Positions 1 through 13,233 of a stretch of DNA of 64,000 nucleotides are shown piece after piece (position 1 is the first letter of the stretch; each line of letters opens with the position of its first letter). The notes under the pieces were generated by a model that did not search any database, had not been told where the DNA came from, and saw only the letters and a list, made by a program, of their open reading frames with translations. The DNA is taken from the NCBI RefSeq assembly GCF_036321535.1, contig NC_087436.1, forward strand, positions 52,144,001-52,208,000, read 5' to 3'. Source of the DNA: Camelus dromedarius. Taxonomy: Eukaryota. A program made the position numbers and the translations under genes.

Positions 1-1721
1 AGAAAAGCATTCTTTACTGGAATTTTGTTTTGTTTTTTTTTTGCAAAAGTCTATCTACCCTTTTTGGTAGAAAAAGCCATATCATGATGTTTTGGACTTT
101 AAACTAGGCAACTTGATAGAATTACTTATAAAAAGCATTTTAGTCTTACCAAAATTTGACATTTTCAACATCCTTAAATATTTCCCAATCAAGAAGTAGT
201 CAGGGGCTTCAGGAAGACACCGTTTATAAATTAAAAGATAACGTATGACTTGGCAGGAAGATACCATTGTAAGGGAGGATTGAATTGTTAATGTAACGAA
301 CCCAGGTAGGAATCTGTTGGCAGTCATTATGTGAATTATAGGAGCAAATACAGCATGTCTGAAGCCAGCTTGCCTTGGAGCCCCGACTTCCAGCAAGAGC
401 TCTCAGCCCTCAGTGACACCACCATCAACGCAGCGCGGTGTTGCCAGGCCTGAGCATCTCATTCCCTGCTGCATCATAGTTCTTGCACACTGGAAGCTTG
501 TTTCACTGTGCTGGAGTAACTTCCACAAACTTAGAGATAGCTGATCCCTGCCTAGTTCAGGAGCCAAATAAGAACCAGCTAGATGGGACACGTAACCTGG
601 ATGGAAGGGGTCGGGGAGGGAAGGGAGTTGGTCTTCTGAAGGGAGGAAAATCGGTGCCCAGGCAACCCTGAGTACCTCTCCTGCGTGTTACTTCCCTGCA
701 AAGGCACCCACATGTAATGGCCACTTCTATGGAGTCTGAGCCTTGTCTTAGGCATGGGCATGCCCTTTAGCATTGACATAAACATTTTTAAAGCATTTTG
801 GGGATGTTCGCAACCACCACCATAAATATGATTGCTTGTTGCCTTACAAATTGGATAAAATTAATCCAGAGACTTTATCCAATGGCAAGAGTTCCCCCAA
901 CCCTTACTTTTTTTTCCTGTCATTATCTCAAATCTAAAGATCCTCTTGATTGGTCTTGAGCAACTGTTTGCCCAGATCACTTATTTCACTATAGGAAATG
1001 TAAATACATATGCATGGTAACATTCTGTTATTTAATATTTGCTAACAAATTGGAGGTCAGGTACTTTTTTCTTCCTTCCCAACTTCTAAAACAAAACAGT
1101 AAGTAAGATACACCCCACCAAAATTTTTTCACTTCTTGATTTATTTAATAAACATTTTTTGTTCTTTAGCCTGAGGAGTATTGGTAGAATTGCACACCCT
1201 GGGAAGATAATTTCTTTCTAATGATTATTAAACGTAGGACAATTTACCAGGAAATGGTATGGAATATAAGAATCTGTGAAGGAGCAAAGCAAACTATGAA
1301 CAAAACTCTTAGTATTAACTCTTTTTATTATTAATGTGAGATGGTAGAAAAGAAACTTATGTAGACAATTTAGGTAGACACTTAAGGTTAAAGAGAACTT
1401 GAAGTTAGGAGGTTTTTATTGGTTTTTATTTACCTCTCTGAGATAAATAGCTAAAATTATCTACAGGGAGATTTCAGCAGAACATCCCCTTTCTCTGCCT
1501 TTTCTAACCAGGACTCTTCAATATGTGGAATTAATCTGTGGCTGTGATTTCCTATATCATTATCATTATCATGGTCACCTTGAGTAATACTGGTATATTT
1601 TCTTAAAGTCTTAGGTTGGTAATGATATATTCAGTAAATGCAAATATTTCCCTTCAGTTGGGATAGCATGCTATACAGATGCTTTTGCTTTATTCCTGTA
1701 AGTAGCATATAATAAGAAGAA

Positions 1722-1956
1722 TAAGAATAATAACTAACATTTATTGGGGATTTACCAGAAACTGCTCTACATTTCCACGTGTAAATGCATTTAATCCTTC
1801 AACAACTCTATGAATTACATTATAACCTTGACTTTATTGATGAAGAACCAGAGCACAGAGGAGTTGCATACTTCCCCAAGGATCATACAAGCTGGTCAGG
1901 GAATAGCACTGAGATTGAAAAGCAACTGTCTGACTCCAGAGCCCACAGGTTAAGCT
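1722..1956 (-). mobile_element. MIR SINE
   Basis: taataactaacatttattg...atttaatccttcaacaactctatga...cccaaggatcatacaagct...ctgtctgactccagagccc. Confidence 0.8.
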
Positions 1957-2869
1957 CCTAACTGCTCTTCTGTGCCTGCTTTGTTATGGGAAAGCTTTCA
2001 GGGCAGTGTTTGCACTGATCCCCTTTTGAGCTCACGGCTTCATTGTGTTTAGGTGACTTTTCTTCAATAAGAAAAGAAAGCTTTTGAAATGAAGGGTTTT
2101 TTGTTATCACTTTAAAATTACATGAGTGTTACGCATCCAAATATATACATTATTAAAAGACTAAACTTAAGAGTATCATATTATTCTGAAGTAAATCATT
2201 TGTCCCTTAAAAAGATACCCTCTAAAGCATGTGTGCTTTTGCTTGGTGGTTTATTCCTCTCTGCCGTGAAAGTGTCATTGCTGGAGGCCACTTTCTGAAT
2301 AGATTGGTTTTAGTCCCATAGTCACCTTGCTTACATTTTAACATTTAATTAATGGGACAGAAGGTGAAAAAGAAAACAGAAAACCTATCAAGATTTAATA
2401 TTTAAGAACTGCTCTCACTATAGATTTTAATTGAATTAATCTACACATAACCTGTGTGGCTTTGCTCTCACAAATGACCTTGATTTCTTACCCATCATCG
2501 CTACACGATTGTGAATTTCAGCAGTTCAGTAATTGCGGAACTTCAACAAAGTAGGTATAATGTGGCAGTGAGTGAGGTAATCCTCGCTTTTCACAAAGCT
2601 TTGCCCATAGAATCAGAGAATTTTAGATCACAATGTCCTGTGAAGCCTTATGTGGGGCAGAAGGCAGGACCCCAAGCAAAGGTGGGTCCTCCATCCACCT
2701 TCCTTGTCAGTGCTCTTCTGCTGTCACTTGGGCAGGATCTACTGAGGCCTGCACCTTCAGGTGTTCCAGTCCATGTTCTGACAGATGGTTATTAGACTCT
2801 TACCCTGGACTGAAACTACTCTAGAAATCTAATTCTCTATAAAGCATTTAACAGGAGGAAAAACAGGAA

Positions 2870-2926
2870 CTCTCTCTCTCTCTTCCTCTCTCTCTCTCTC
2901 TCTATATATATATAGTACTATATATA
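2870..2926. repeat. (CT)n(TA)n microsatellite
   Basis: Directly visible. Confidence 0.9.
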
Positions 2927-5900
2927 GCATATTTACTGTAGATGTAGTAAATTTTGAAGATATGAGTCAGCAGATTATCACCTGCTATTCATTATCTAGA
3001 CGTTCTAGACCTGCGGGAGACTCTTGGACTTCACCCTGACAATGTCAGAAAGTCCACAGTGACATTACTTCCGGGAGAAGAAGTAGTAGTATGAGCTTAA
3101 CATTAGCTTGGTGCCAGTGATGTCTTGGAGACAGCAGCCTAGAACCAATTCAAGCTGCAGCTTAAGGCTTGACATGAAGGACAAGCTTGAAGGTGAAAAG
3201 ACTGTTCTGTGATTGCATACATACACATACAGGCACTCGTTTTCAAGGTAACTCCCACCAAGAGACAGTTACCCTTGTTGAGAACCTGGAGCTGGTAAGT
3301 ACCAGTTGTGTTGAATGAGAACAGGGCGTGGCTCAGTGTTTACTCCGTCCATGCCTTGTCCTTCAGCAGTTTAAAGCTTCAGCTAAATCTTTCTCATTTA
3401 GTCCAGGGTTGATTAAACCTTACTTTAGCATTGTAATAGTGTGGATTAGAATTGAAAAGAGGGTACCGACTCAAATTTGTAAAGCGCTCAAAACTGCCAA
3501 TGACTTTTTCTTGTTGACTTAGCAAAAAAATTTTAATGGTAGAAACTCAAATTGTCTATGTGAAACTGTAACATTAAAAATGAGTCATAATGTTTGGCTG
3601 GACTTGAGCTAATTCCAAGGGTCAATTTTTGGCCCAAATTCTCTGGGTCCTCGTATATTGATGTGACACATTAGGTGGGAATTATAAAATGGCAAAACTG
3701 TTAAAGATAGATAGCCATTCTCTCCTCAAAGCATGTGAAACTGAGGCATGATACTTTACATTTTTCAGATGCCAAGTATTTTATCTGATTGTATATATTA
3801 TGAATATTAATCACATATTATTTTATTTGATCTTCATACTTTGAAGATGAGAGAGCAGGCTGTAATTATTCCTAACTTACAAGTTTGAAAGGTAAAACTC
3901 AAATAAGGGAAATATTTGCCCAAGTTCACATGGTTACTATGTGACAGAGCCAATATTACTTCCACTCTTCTATTTTCAGGACTCTTTTACAATTTTAAAA
4001 CAGAATTTAGCCTCTGAAGTGACATGTTACCTTTTCCCCAAATTCCTACATGCACCCTTCAGACTTCTGTTCATACGTGGTTACATTTTTAGTGTCCTGA
4101 CAGGTTATGTTTTACGTTTTTGTATTTTTCTATATTTTCTCTTTCATCGCCTGTCTGCCTTCTTTCTTTCCTTCCTCTCTTTCTCCATCTTGTCCTTCTT
4201 TTCTCTACTTCCTTTCCTTCAATCTTTTCTTAAACCAACATTATTGAACATCAACCACGTATGGTACAAAGCTCTATAAAAGAAAAAAAGATCCATGCCT
4301 TCTTCTTTTCTTCTGTCGTCTTCCTTCCACTTACTTTACTCAAAATTCTATATTTGAATAATACCCAACTCATCAGAATTCACTAATGCAATGCTAAGAT
4401 GGGAAACACATCACACATACATACTTATTCACGCACAGAGAGAGAAATGGTCATACGATTGGCTCAGATTATTTCACAGATAGATGTAGTATAGTCACCT
4501 TCCTTCATGTAAGATAACATTATTTTATGTAGGAGACTGGTGACAAAGTTAAAGAAGGCGTTATAGGTGCCATGAAGGAGGCGTGTGCAAAGTAAGAACA
4601 GGAACAAGGTCTAGCTGTGGGCATAAAAGGATTATCTATAGAAGCATATGTGTGTCTGTCTCTCAATAAATACAAAATCATTAGCTCATTGCTTCAAGGA
4701 GATTACATACACCTACTGTTTGTATCCATTAATAATGAAACATTTCAAGCTGGTTGCAATTCAGTCTTTATGTGGAAGTTACTGAGCATTTGCCTGTGAA
4801 ATACCCTACGTTAGGTACTGAATCGAGCAATTTATTAAATTTCTCAGGAAACCCATACTGAAGAGTATCATTATGAAAAAATTACATGCAAATTGAAGAC
4901 TTGAAATCCATCTTCATCAGTGATTTGAACACTTACTTTGTGCCTGACCTTGTGAGCTGTAACTAGCTAGTGAGAAATGCAGCCCTTGCTCACCAAGTGC
5001 AACAACCCTCATGCCCTGGTTAATCTCCCTTTACCTACATCATTTCCTTTATGTTGGTCACTACTAATGAAAGAGGAATCTTTTAAAAACAGAATCTATC
5101 AGGCAAGTAGAGGGCATTGAGAAGAAAAAAAAAAAAGAGTTAAAAGTCAAATTTCTAAATGGCAGGAATCATAGAGATTGTATTCATAGATGCTATAACA
5201 TGTACTATAATAACTATGCATATATGTGAGTGTGAGTATGTATCTTCCCAAATTTTTTTTAAAAATTTACCACCCCCAAATATAATCTTTATGGAAACAT
5301 ATAAATTTTTAAAATTTTATAGCGTCTCTCCCAGAGAGACAACTCTTTCATGCAGTGTACCAACGTAATCTTAAAGTACTGCCAAAGGACATTATGAGTG
5401 CTTAGTCCTACCTCAAGAATTCTATCCATCAAGCTATCATGCCTCCTTCAGTGAGGGTGGGACTTTGCCAAAAGAACAACTGACGCCAGGTTTTCTACGA
5501 AAGTGCCTAGGGGTAGGAGAGTTGAAAAGGAAAAACATCCGGGGTCTATTATGCTTTTTTTTTGTTGTTGTTGTTGTTGTTGTTTTGCTATTTCTGGCTG
5601 GCTTACAGTGACTGTGAAGCACCCCCGTTTGCTTTCCTCTCATCTTTGTTTCTTTTCTTTCCCTCTGTCCCATCTTTTTGAGTAGATGGTCAATTAGAGT
5701 TAAAGAGGGGAAAAATGGTAGCAGAGGGGTGAAAAGGAATAAAATGTATCATTTCCCTTCTTTTGAGCTCTCTGTCCCCTGTATTCAAACAGCCCTGGTA
5801 GTGCTGAGAATGCCTGAGGTGTGAGGGGAGCCGCACAGTTGCTAACCTGAAGGCTGTCAGAAAAGGAGCTCTGGGTTTCTCTTGAAACCCACTCGGACTG

Positions 5901-7489
5901 TGTTAAACCCATGGTTGGGTGAACTGGTCGTTGCATCTTGCTAGCAATATTTTGATAACTTCTCTTAAACTGGAAGCTCTCCTTTGACCTTCCTATTTTT
6001 GTCACTTACTGCCCTGTCATCAGCTTTCCTCTGGTGGCAACGGTAAGGAAGATGCTGAGAAATGTTATCAAGTTCTTATGAAATAGTGGTTTTTGTGTCT
6101 CATCAAAATGTCAAATTTTAAAGTAGGAGAGAACCTTTTAATTTACAGGTTTGGGTATGGCCTGGCAATTTAGTGCATGTTTGGTAGATGGAAGATTGGA
6201 TTCGTGTCTAGATTCTATTCCTTGGGTTTCACTACAATCAGAGGGCCAAGTTACATTATTAGGAACAGTAGCGGTCCAGGGCCTCTTCCCTGTTCCCAAG
6301 TAGAAGCAGTCTCTTTATTACTGGTTTCATCTCTTTTATATAAGCATGCTTTACATAAGCTTGCTTTGCATGCTTTGTAGGGTCTGCAATAAAAATATTG
6401 GCCCAAGATATTGCACAAGTTTGCAACCATGATTTTGACAGCCGAGAAAGAACTGGCAGTCAGGTCTCCAGATCCACAGGGGTTACTGTTCTTTCCACTA
6501 TGCCAGACGTCTTCTGGCTGTTCTTCACAGCTGCATGTGCAGGAGAAGAGCGTTTGTTTCTGTGCTGTCTGATCTGCGCTGAGTTACGATTGATGGCATG
6601 TATACGTACCATAATCCCTCTCCAGGCTTTTGATACAGTTGTGAAAGGACTCGAGGTCATGTGTAATCGCCCGCGGAACAGAGGAGTTCCTTGACGGTAG
6701 ACTTTGTTCTTTTTTCCTCTCTCTGTTTCTCAGACAAGGTCTCCAGAGGTGGTCTTGAGTGATTCTTGAAGTACAACCATTTGTATTATTTATGTTGCAC
6801 TGGAGATAAACGTCTTTCAAGTACTTCAGAGACAAGCACACTGTTAGGGCTTCAGAGGAGTTTCGTAATCCCAGGGACAGTCAGAGGCAGGAGGAAGGGG
6901 CGGAGGACGTGGGAGGTGGAAGATGAAATGCTAACTGTGAATTTCGTGACTGGATGTTTGGAACTGTTTTAATTTTTTTCGTTTTTTGATACATAGATTT
7001 ATTATGCCAAAAAATCAAAATTCATAACTTATGAGTGTAAGGTTATTCAAGAAGTATTTTTGCATGCATCTTTTATGTGGCTGAAGAAAAAAGAATACAT
7101 ATTGTTGTATTTGCATTTGAAGTGAAAGTTATTCTTTTTTTAACCGGTAGAAAAATAAGAAAAAAATTACCTTAGTAGCCTCTAGAATTACTGAGAATAT
7201 TCCTCGATTATTGCATTAATGATGAAGTCTTTGTTCCAGAATTTTGTTAACATCATTCAGATCTGAAAGAGGTCATGTAAATTATCTGGGTAAGCCCATG
7301 TAGTTTAGGTGACGTAGAGGCATAGAAACATTAAGTGACCTTGAGTCTCCTGAGTAATCAATGACAGAATCCATCTAGCAGTCTAGGCTCCTGGCCTTCC
7401 AGTCCAGTACTCCTTTTTAAAAAGAATAAATGTGGAAGAAGAATCTGTGTCTAAAACTTGATTGGTGTCGAATGATTTATGCAGTTGGA

Positions 7490-7722
7490 GTGAGAATATT
7501 GTGGAGTGCTAGAAAGATGAGGACTTCAGATTCAGACCCAAACCGAGGTTTGCTGCTTCTCTCATGTGACCTTGGAAAAATAACTTCTCTGTTTACTTAT
7601 TTTCAAAGTGTAAATAAGAACCACTTTTGAGAGCTACTGTGAAGAGTTGGGATTATATCTGCAAGAAACCAAATATAGTATCTGGTACAGAGCAGATGCT
7701 TAGAAAACATAGCTACTGTTAA
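7490..7722 (+). mobile_element. MIR SINE
   Basis: tgtgaccttggaaaaataacttctctg...tctggtacagagcagatgcttagaaaacatagcta. Confidence 0.65.
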
Positions 7723-8039
7723 ATTGTGTTATTTCTGCTGTTAATTAACAAAAATAAAATCTGTAAACAGTATCTGCTTTATCCGTAGGCTCTCAGATAA
7801 ATTGTGTTGAGCCAATATCAAATGAACAAATGCTTTATCTCACCAGCTACAAAACAGAACTTCTGTTTTATCTATTGGACAAGCCTCACCCACGCTTGTG
7901 AATTTGCATCCTATTTCATTTTTCTCAAACAAGTATTTTGGCAAAAAGCTAAAATCTCTTTAATTATGAATACCATATTAAAAGTTAAATTAGTATAACA
8001 GCTAGGACTAGAATTCATACATTTATAATTTAGGAGAGA

Positions 8040-8240
8040 CAGAGGGAATGGTGGAAAGGGAGTGGATTTAGTGTCAGTAAAGCTGAGTTTGAATTTGAAT
8101 GAGCTCTTCCAGTTCCTGGTTGCATGATTCTGAGCAAGTCACTTCATTTCTCAACCTCCAATCCTTAGTCTATAACGTGAGGGTAGCCACACCTCCTTCT
8201 CAGATTTGTGATGAGGATGAAATGCCGTATTATAGAAAGC
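8040..8240 (+). mobile_element. MIR SINE
   Basis: ctgagtttgaat...tgagcaagtcacttcatttctcaacctc...gatttgtgatgaggatgaaatg. Confidence 0.7.
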
Positions 8241-8813
8241 CTCTCTTTCCTCTGGGGTACTGTCAGTTACAGCACTTAATTTTCCATCTTCCTGCTGTAC
8301 CAACCCAACGCTGATAAAAGGTATGGGAAACTTAGAGGAGAAATTACTCTTCAAAAAGATAACTTAGAACCTTAAAAGCTTCTTTTGAAGATAGGAGGAT
8401 ACATTCCTGCTAAGAATGTGCAGTAGTCAAAAATAGTCACGGTCTTTTCCATGGAACAAGCGCTCAGGCAGCACTTCACAAAGGCAGGAAGAACTTCACC
8501 TTTCCCGTCTGGCAGATCAGAGGGATTGATGTTGTAATTCGCCATGATTTTTTCATTTTGCATGTTTTTAATACTTTGTGAACATATCCTTAGGCCACAT
8601 GACATATGGCGTGAATGACAGGATAATGCCAAGAAGAATGGATTTACAGATGCATATGCAGGATTTGGTATTCCATGGGAAGACGACAGTAACTCCCTTC
8701 ATTCAGTGCGTTCAGTGTGGACTGCACTCTCTGCATTTCTTGTCCCCAAACCGTCTGTGATTCTGTTCCCTGGAGTTGTGTTGGTCAGCCTGAAATATGC
8801 AAGGAAAAGATCT

Positions 8814-9321
8814 TGTAACCGAGTCCAAACTTGTTCTGCTCACTGCATGACAGGCCAATAAACCGGGAGACAAGGGGTTGGGACAAGGAAGAATAACGAC
8901 TTTATTTGGAAGGCTGGCAGACTGAGAAGATGAGGGACTGATATCTTAGAGAACCATCTTCTCCAAGACAGAATTCAGGTTCCTTTTATACTAGAAGGGG
9001 AGGAGCTGGTTGGTTTTTGCAAACTTCTTGGTGTCGGAATCCTTTGTTCTTACAGCTGTCCACATAGATCAGCTGTAAAACCTCCAAAAGGGAAATGTTA
9101 TTCTCTGTTCTGCAACTTTCTGTCTCTGTATCAATGGAAAAGTGTCATACCCCTAAAGGTCAGAGCCTGGAGAATGGGCTCTCCTGTATATTTCAGGCTA
9201 TATGCAACATTCTTTTATAAAAGGTGCAGAATTAGCATGACTAAACATAGAAAACAGAGCACGGGGTTAGAGCTAAAGGAACAGATCTAATATGGAGTCA
9301 GATTTGTTCTTCCCTATTATA
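8814..9321 (-). mobile_element. Solo LTR, ERV1 class (MER41-like), antisense to PPP3CA
   Basis: Ends TGTAAC...TATTATA (decayed TG..CA), 4-bp TSD ATCT at 8810-8813 and 9322-9325; on the - strand TATAAAA (~8984-8990) precedes AATAAA (8901-8906). Confidence 0.88.
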
Positions 9322-9344
9322 ATCTTACTCTTCTCAAGTATGAT

Positions 9345-10620
9345 TTTAGTTAACTGCAAGCTGCTGAAAACCTCCACTTATTGTTAGGCTGCAGTATGAT
9401 GTATAGAGTATGCAAATCACAGAAAACTCTGTATCCTTCCCATACTCCACACTGATCAAACTCACTAAGATTGTATTAGTTCAGAGCCACACTTTAACAA
9501 TGGCGTTGCTGATGGGGCATGCATCCAGAACAGGATGAACAGGATGGGGGAAAGACTGTAGAAGCTGTCTCTAGGTGGGATTGAGAAGAGTTTTCTTGAA
9601 AAAGATTATAGGGGAAATATCAAGAAGAATCCTTAGCTTCTGAGCATCCATGCTAAGAAGGTGGTATGTGGAGCATAAGGAAATAAGAAGCCTGTTCTAT
9701 GGTACTTAGCCTACAGACATAGAGAGACATTGGCATATATGTATATACATAGAATAGCTGTGATCAGAAATTGAATAATAAATGCAATATTAAGATGTGA
9801 GTCCAGAGCTCTAGGAATTCAGTGGAGACACATCCACCAGAGGAAATCAGAAAGATTTCACAGAGGGGATAGTGTTTGGCCTGGGCACCAAAGGGTGGGG
9901 TACTTACTCAGAGGTTTCTGAGAAAACATTCCGGGTGAAAGAACAAATGTGGAGCTACGAAAGCAATGTCATGTTTAAGATATCACTAAGTAAGAAGTTA
10001 AGTAGGATATCAGTGCAGACGTTAATGCAAAAGCTCAAACCCAGTAAACTTCCAGTAACTTCTCAAAAAATAGGTTTTGAAGGGCTGTCTTTATCCATAG
10101 CAATCACATGCTGTAACATATCTTTATGTAAAAGTCAGCTGAGAATTGAAAAGTAATGAAACAATTAATTTCTCTGTATTTTAAATCTTTAAACAAAACA
10201 AAGAAAAACCCATTTGACATCATCTAGGATCCGTTCAACAGTTTCTGCTAATGCAATGCTAATCATGCCATGATAGGATAATAAAAGTAAAATCTTGCCA
10301 AAGCTCAGGAAGGTACGATATGAGAGTATTGTTCTTAATATTTAAAGGATGTCATTTAGAAATAGAAGCATACTTGTTCTGTATTTTTCCAGAAGGCAGA
10401 ACGAGGATCAGTTAGTAGTAAAGAAGGTTTAAACTCACCCTGAGAACTGCCCCGACTTAAAGTTGTCTATCCATAGAGTACACAACCCCGTTAAAGCAGG
10501 TAGCTTTTGCTTCACTGAAAGTATTCACAGAGGCTGGCTCTCTCTGGGTCAGGATTGCTGTAGATGAAGTTCTGAACCTGGTTAGAAGTGAGACTGGCTG
10601 TGCTCTTAGCATCTCTGCAA
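9345..10620 (+). mobile_element. L3/CR1 LINE fragments (~9345-9600, ~10330-10620) split by younger sequence including L2
   Basis: CR1-like ttagttcagagccacactttaa...catccagaacaggatgaacaggatg and ttccagaaggcagaacgagga...cactgaaagtattcacagaggctgg. Confidence 0.55.
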
Positions 10621-11239
10621 CTGTAACACTCCATGTGAGTGTGTATCTAACCTCCAGACACCAGACAAGGCAGAGTGAAGCAGGCAGATTGATCTTCCTG
10701 TTTTTCTGGATGGTGCATCCCTTTCAGAAGTTAAGGGTAGAGTCAGATGCCAGCATATTTTAGGCAGGATTCAATCCAAACATTTTACTTAATTAATTCA
10801 GTCTAATTTAACCTATTTTGTACAACTGTTGTGAGTTCTACTGGGAGAAAAGTGTGCTTTAAAAAAAATAGAAACAAGTTCTGTTCAAATATTTGAGGTG
10901 GTTATTAAGTTACGTCATACTAACTTAGCTATGCTACTTTTATTAGTGTCACCAGGTATTAAGTAAGACTAGAATGTTCTTGGCTGCAAGAGGAGCTTGA
11001 TCCAATTCCTAACAGACATTTGATTAACTATTGTCTATAGCATGTGCCAAGTTATAATGTCATTTCATTCATCGTATTCGTATATTGTGCAGTTACATAT
11101 TACACTGAGGGAAGTTTAAGTCCGTCAGTAGTATAAACATTCATGACTAATGAAGCTATTTGCCTTGATGTTTTGGAACTTAAGTCAAGTAGTTGAGTTT
11201 TTCTGGATCCAGGAAAACCACATGTAGAAGCAGAAATAG

Positions 11240-11413
<174 letters not shown>

Positions 11414-11527
11414 TGAAATCCTGAGATGTTCTTAATAAAATGGCATAGGAAGGAGAGGAAATGTGGCCTCTTTTATTTGCAAATACTCAGAAAGAGAAAC
11501 ACCTCGGCCTAACCAGTAAAACTCACG

Positions 11528-12055
11528 AGCTGCACCTTGAGAGAAGGGATTTGAAAGTGTGTTGCTGTGTGCGCTGGTAACAACATGCAGTGAGTGAATT
11601 AAGGGGAAACGAAAGAAATGAGGACTGTTAGGATAATTTATATGATCTCATTAGGATAATACAACTCTTTAAAAATAACAGATACATAATTTTGACTGGG
11701 TTCAAGCTAAAATGGCTACCTTTTTTTCTTACCCCTTTGTATTATAATTCAAAAGTTGCTATTTTATTTCACAAACTACCTGTCAAATTGAAAGGTTAGG
11801 ATAACCATGCTTTCCTCACATTTCTGATATTAATAATAATCATTATACGGAAGTGATTAATGGCTCCAATATTTTGAAAGGCTTGTACAATAACAAAAAA
11901 ACCCAGTTTATTATAAACATAGTGGCCATTGGTATGTTACAAGGCAAGACAAACTTATATTTAAAAAATTGTCTGTTAGTGTGCCCCAGTTTTTCAGAAG
12001 AATTGGCCTTTTCTTTCTTTCCTTCCTTCCTTCCTTTCTTCTCCATTTATTTTGT
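11528..12055 (+). repeat. Long inverted repeat, left arm (528 bp)
   Basis: Reverse complement of 13234-13761; manual alignment gives 12 substitutions and two 2-bp indels. Confidence 0.98.
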
Positions 12056-12811
12056 TTTTGTATTTTGACCCAAAGCCTCAGCAAAAATTTTGGGGAAAGG
12101 TCTGCATCCACTGAACTTGAGCTTTCAGTGCAGGAGGCATGATGGTGATAAGCTGGATCATTACTCATGCAGCTTCTCACAAATCACAGTGAATGGGCAT
12201 CGTAATAAACATAGGAGTTTGTGTGTGTTCAAGAAAAAATGATGCCCTGTGAGGGATTTCAGAGAAGAGCTGTACATCTTTCTGAACTATTCATAATAAT
12301 ACATACATTAATGTTTATATGTATTTATTATTTTACTATTTATGCTATTTTATATTAATATTTATATTTATAGCATGTTAATACTGTATATATTTATTTT
12401 CCTACAATATTTATGGCTTTTTCCCTTAAATATCCAAAAATGATTAAACCAAGAAGTTATGAATTGCCAGCAAAGAAATCTTCCCTTTCAATACCAAAAT
12501 AAGTCACAAGTAAAGGTTCCCAGTACCACTCCATGTCTCCACTTTCTTGAATCGGCCAGACCACAGCATGGAAACCAAAGCAATGTGAATCCTGACAACT
12601 TCCCTTAGAACATGCATCATTTCAGTTATTTCCATTAATTATTCAGATTTTGAATATCTGTTATAAAAGAAAATATTAATGTATTTGTATACATAATTCA
12701 CTTTTGATAATTAAACTAAAGCTTTGGATTAATGTTGGCTCCACTTAAGTTTTACTCTTTATCATGTATCTTCAATGCTAGAAAAATATTGATTTTAAAA
12801 AGTAATTCTTA

Positions 12812-12953
12812 GAGGGGAGGGTATAGCTCAAGTGGTAGGGTGCTTGCTTAGCATCCACAAGGTCCTGGGTTCAATTCCCAGTACCTCCTCTTAAAAAAAT
12901 AAAAAAATAAATAAATAAGTAAACCTAATTACCTCCCCCTACAAAAAAAAAAG
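12812..12953 (+). mobile_element. tRNA-derived SINE, camelid vic-1-like
   Basis: GGGGAGGGTATAGCTCAAGTGGTAG (A box) ... GGGTTCAATTCCC (B box), A-rich linker, ACCTAATTACCTCCCCC, A tail; near-perfect TSD aaagtaattctt 12799-12810 / aaattaattctt 12954-12965. Confidence 0.9.
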
Positions 12954-13233
12954 AAATTAATTCTTGAAAGAAATAGTGGACAAGCTTCTTTTCCCATTCA
13001 CAATAGAACCCAACCTAATTGTTTAAAATATTCAATACAAATAGCATGCAACTTAGTAAAAAGTCATGCAGTACTAATTTTCTGTGTATAATGCTTTTAT
13101 ACAACCCTCTTGTAATGCATTTACTCAACTAAATTTCTTATTAAATTTACCTAAACCCCATTTGTAAAACCTTTTTGAAAATGAAATGCAATGATCTATG
13201 TATCAACACATTCATTTTTGAAAATCAGTATTC

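Noticed and set aside
12812..12890. tRNA-Ala-like gene
   Set aside because: Has a SINE body, A tail and TSD, so it is a retroposed SINE rather than a tRNA gene.
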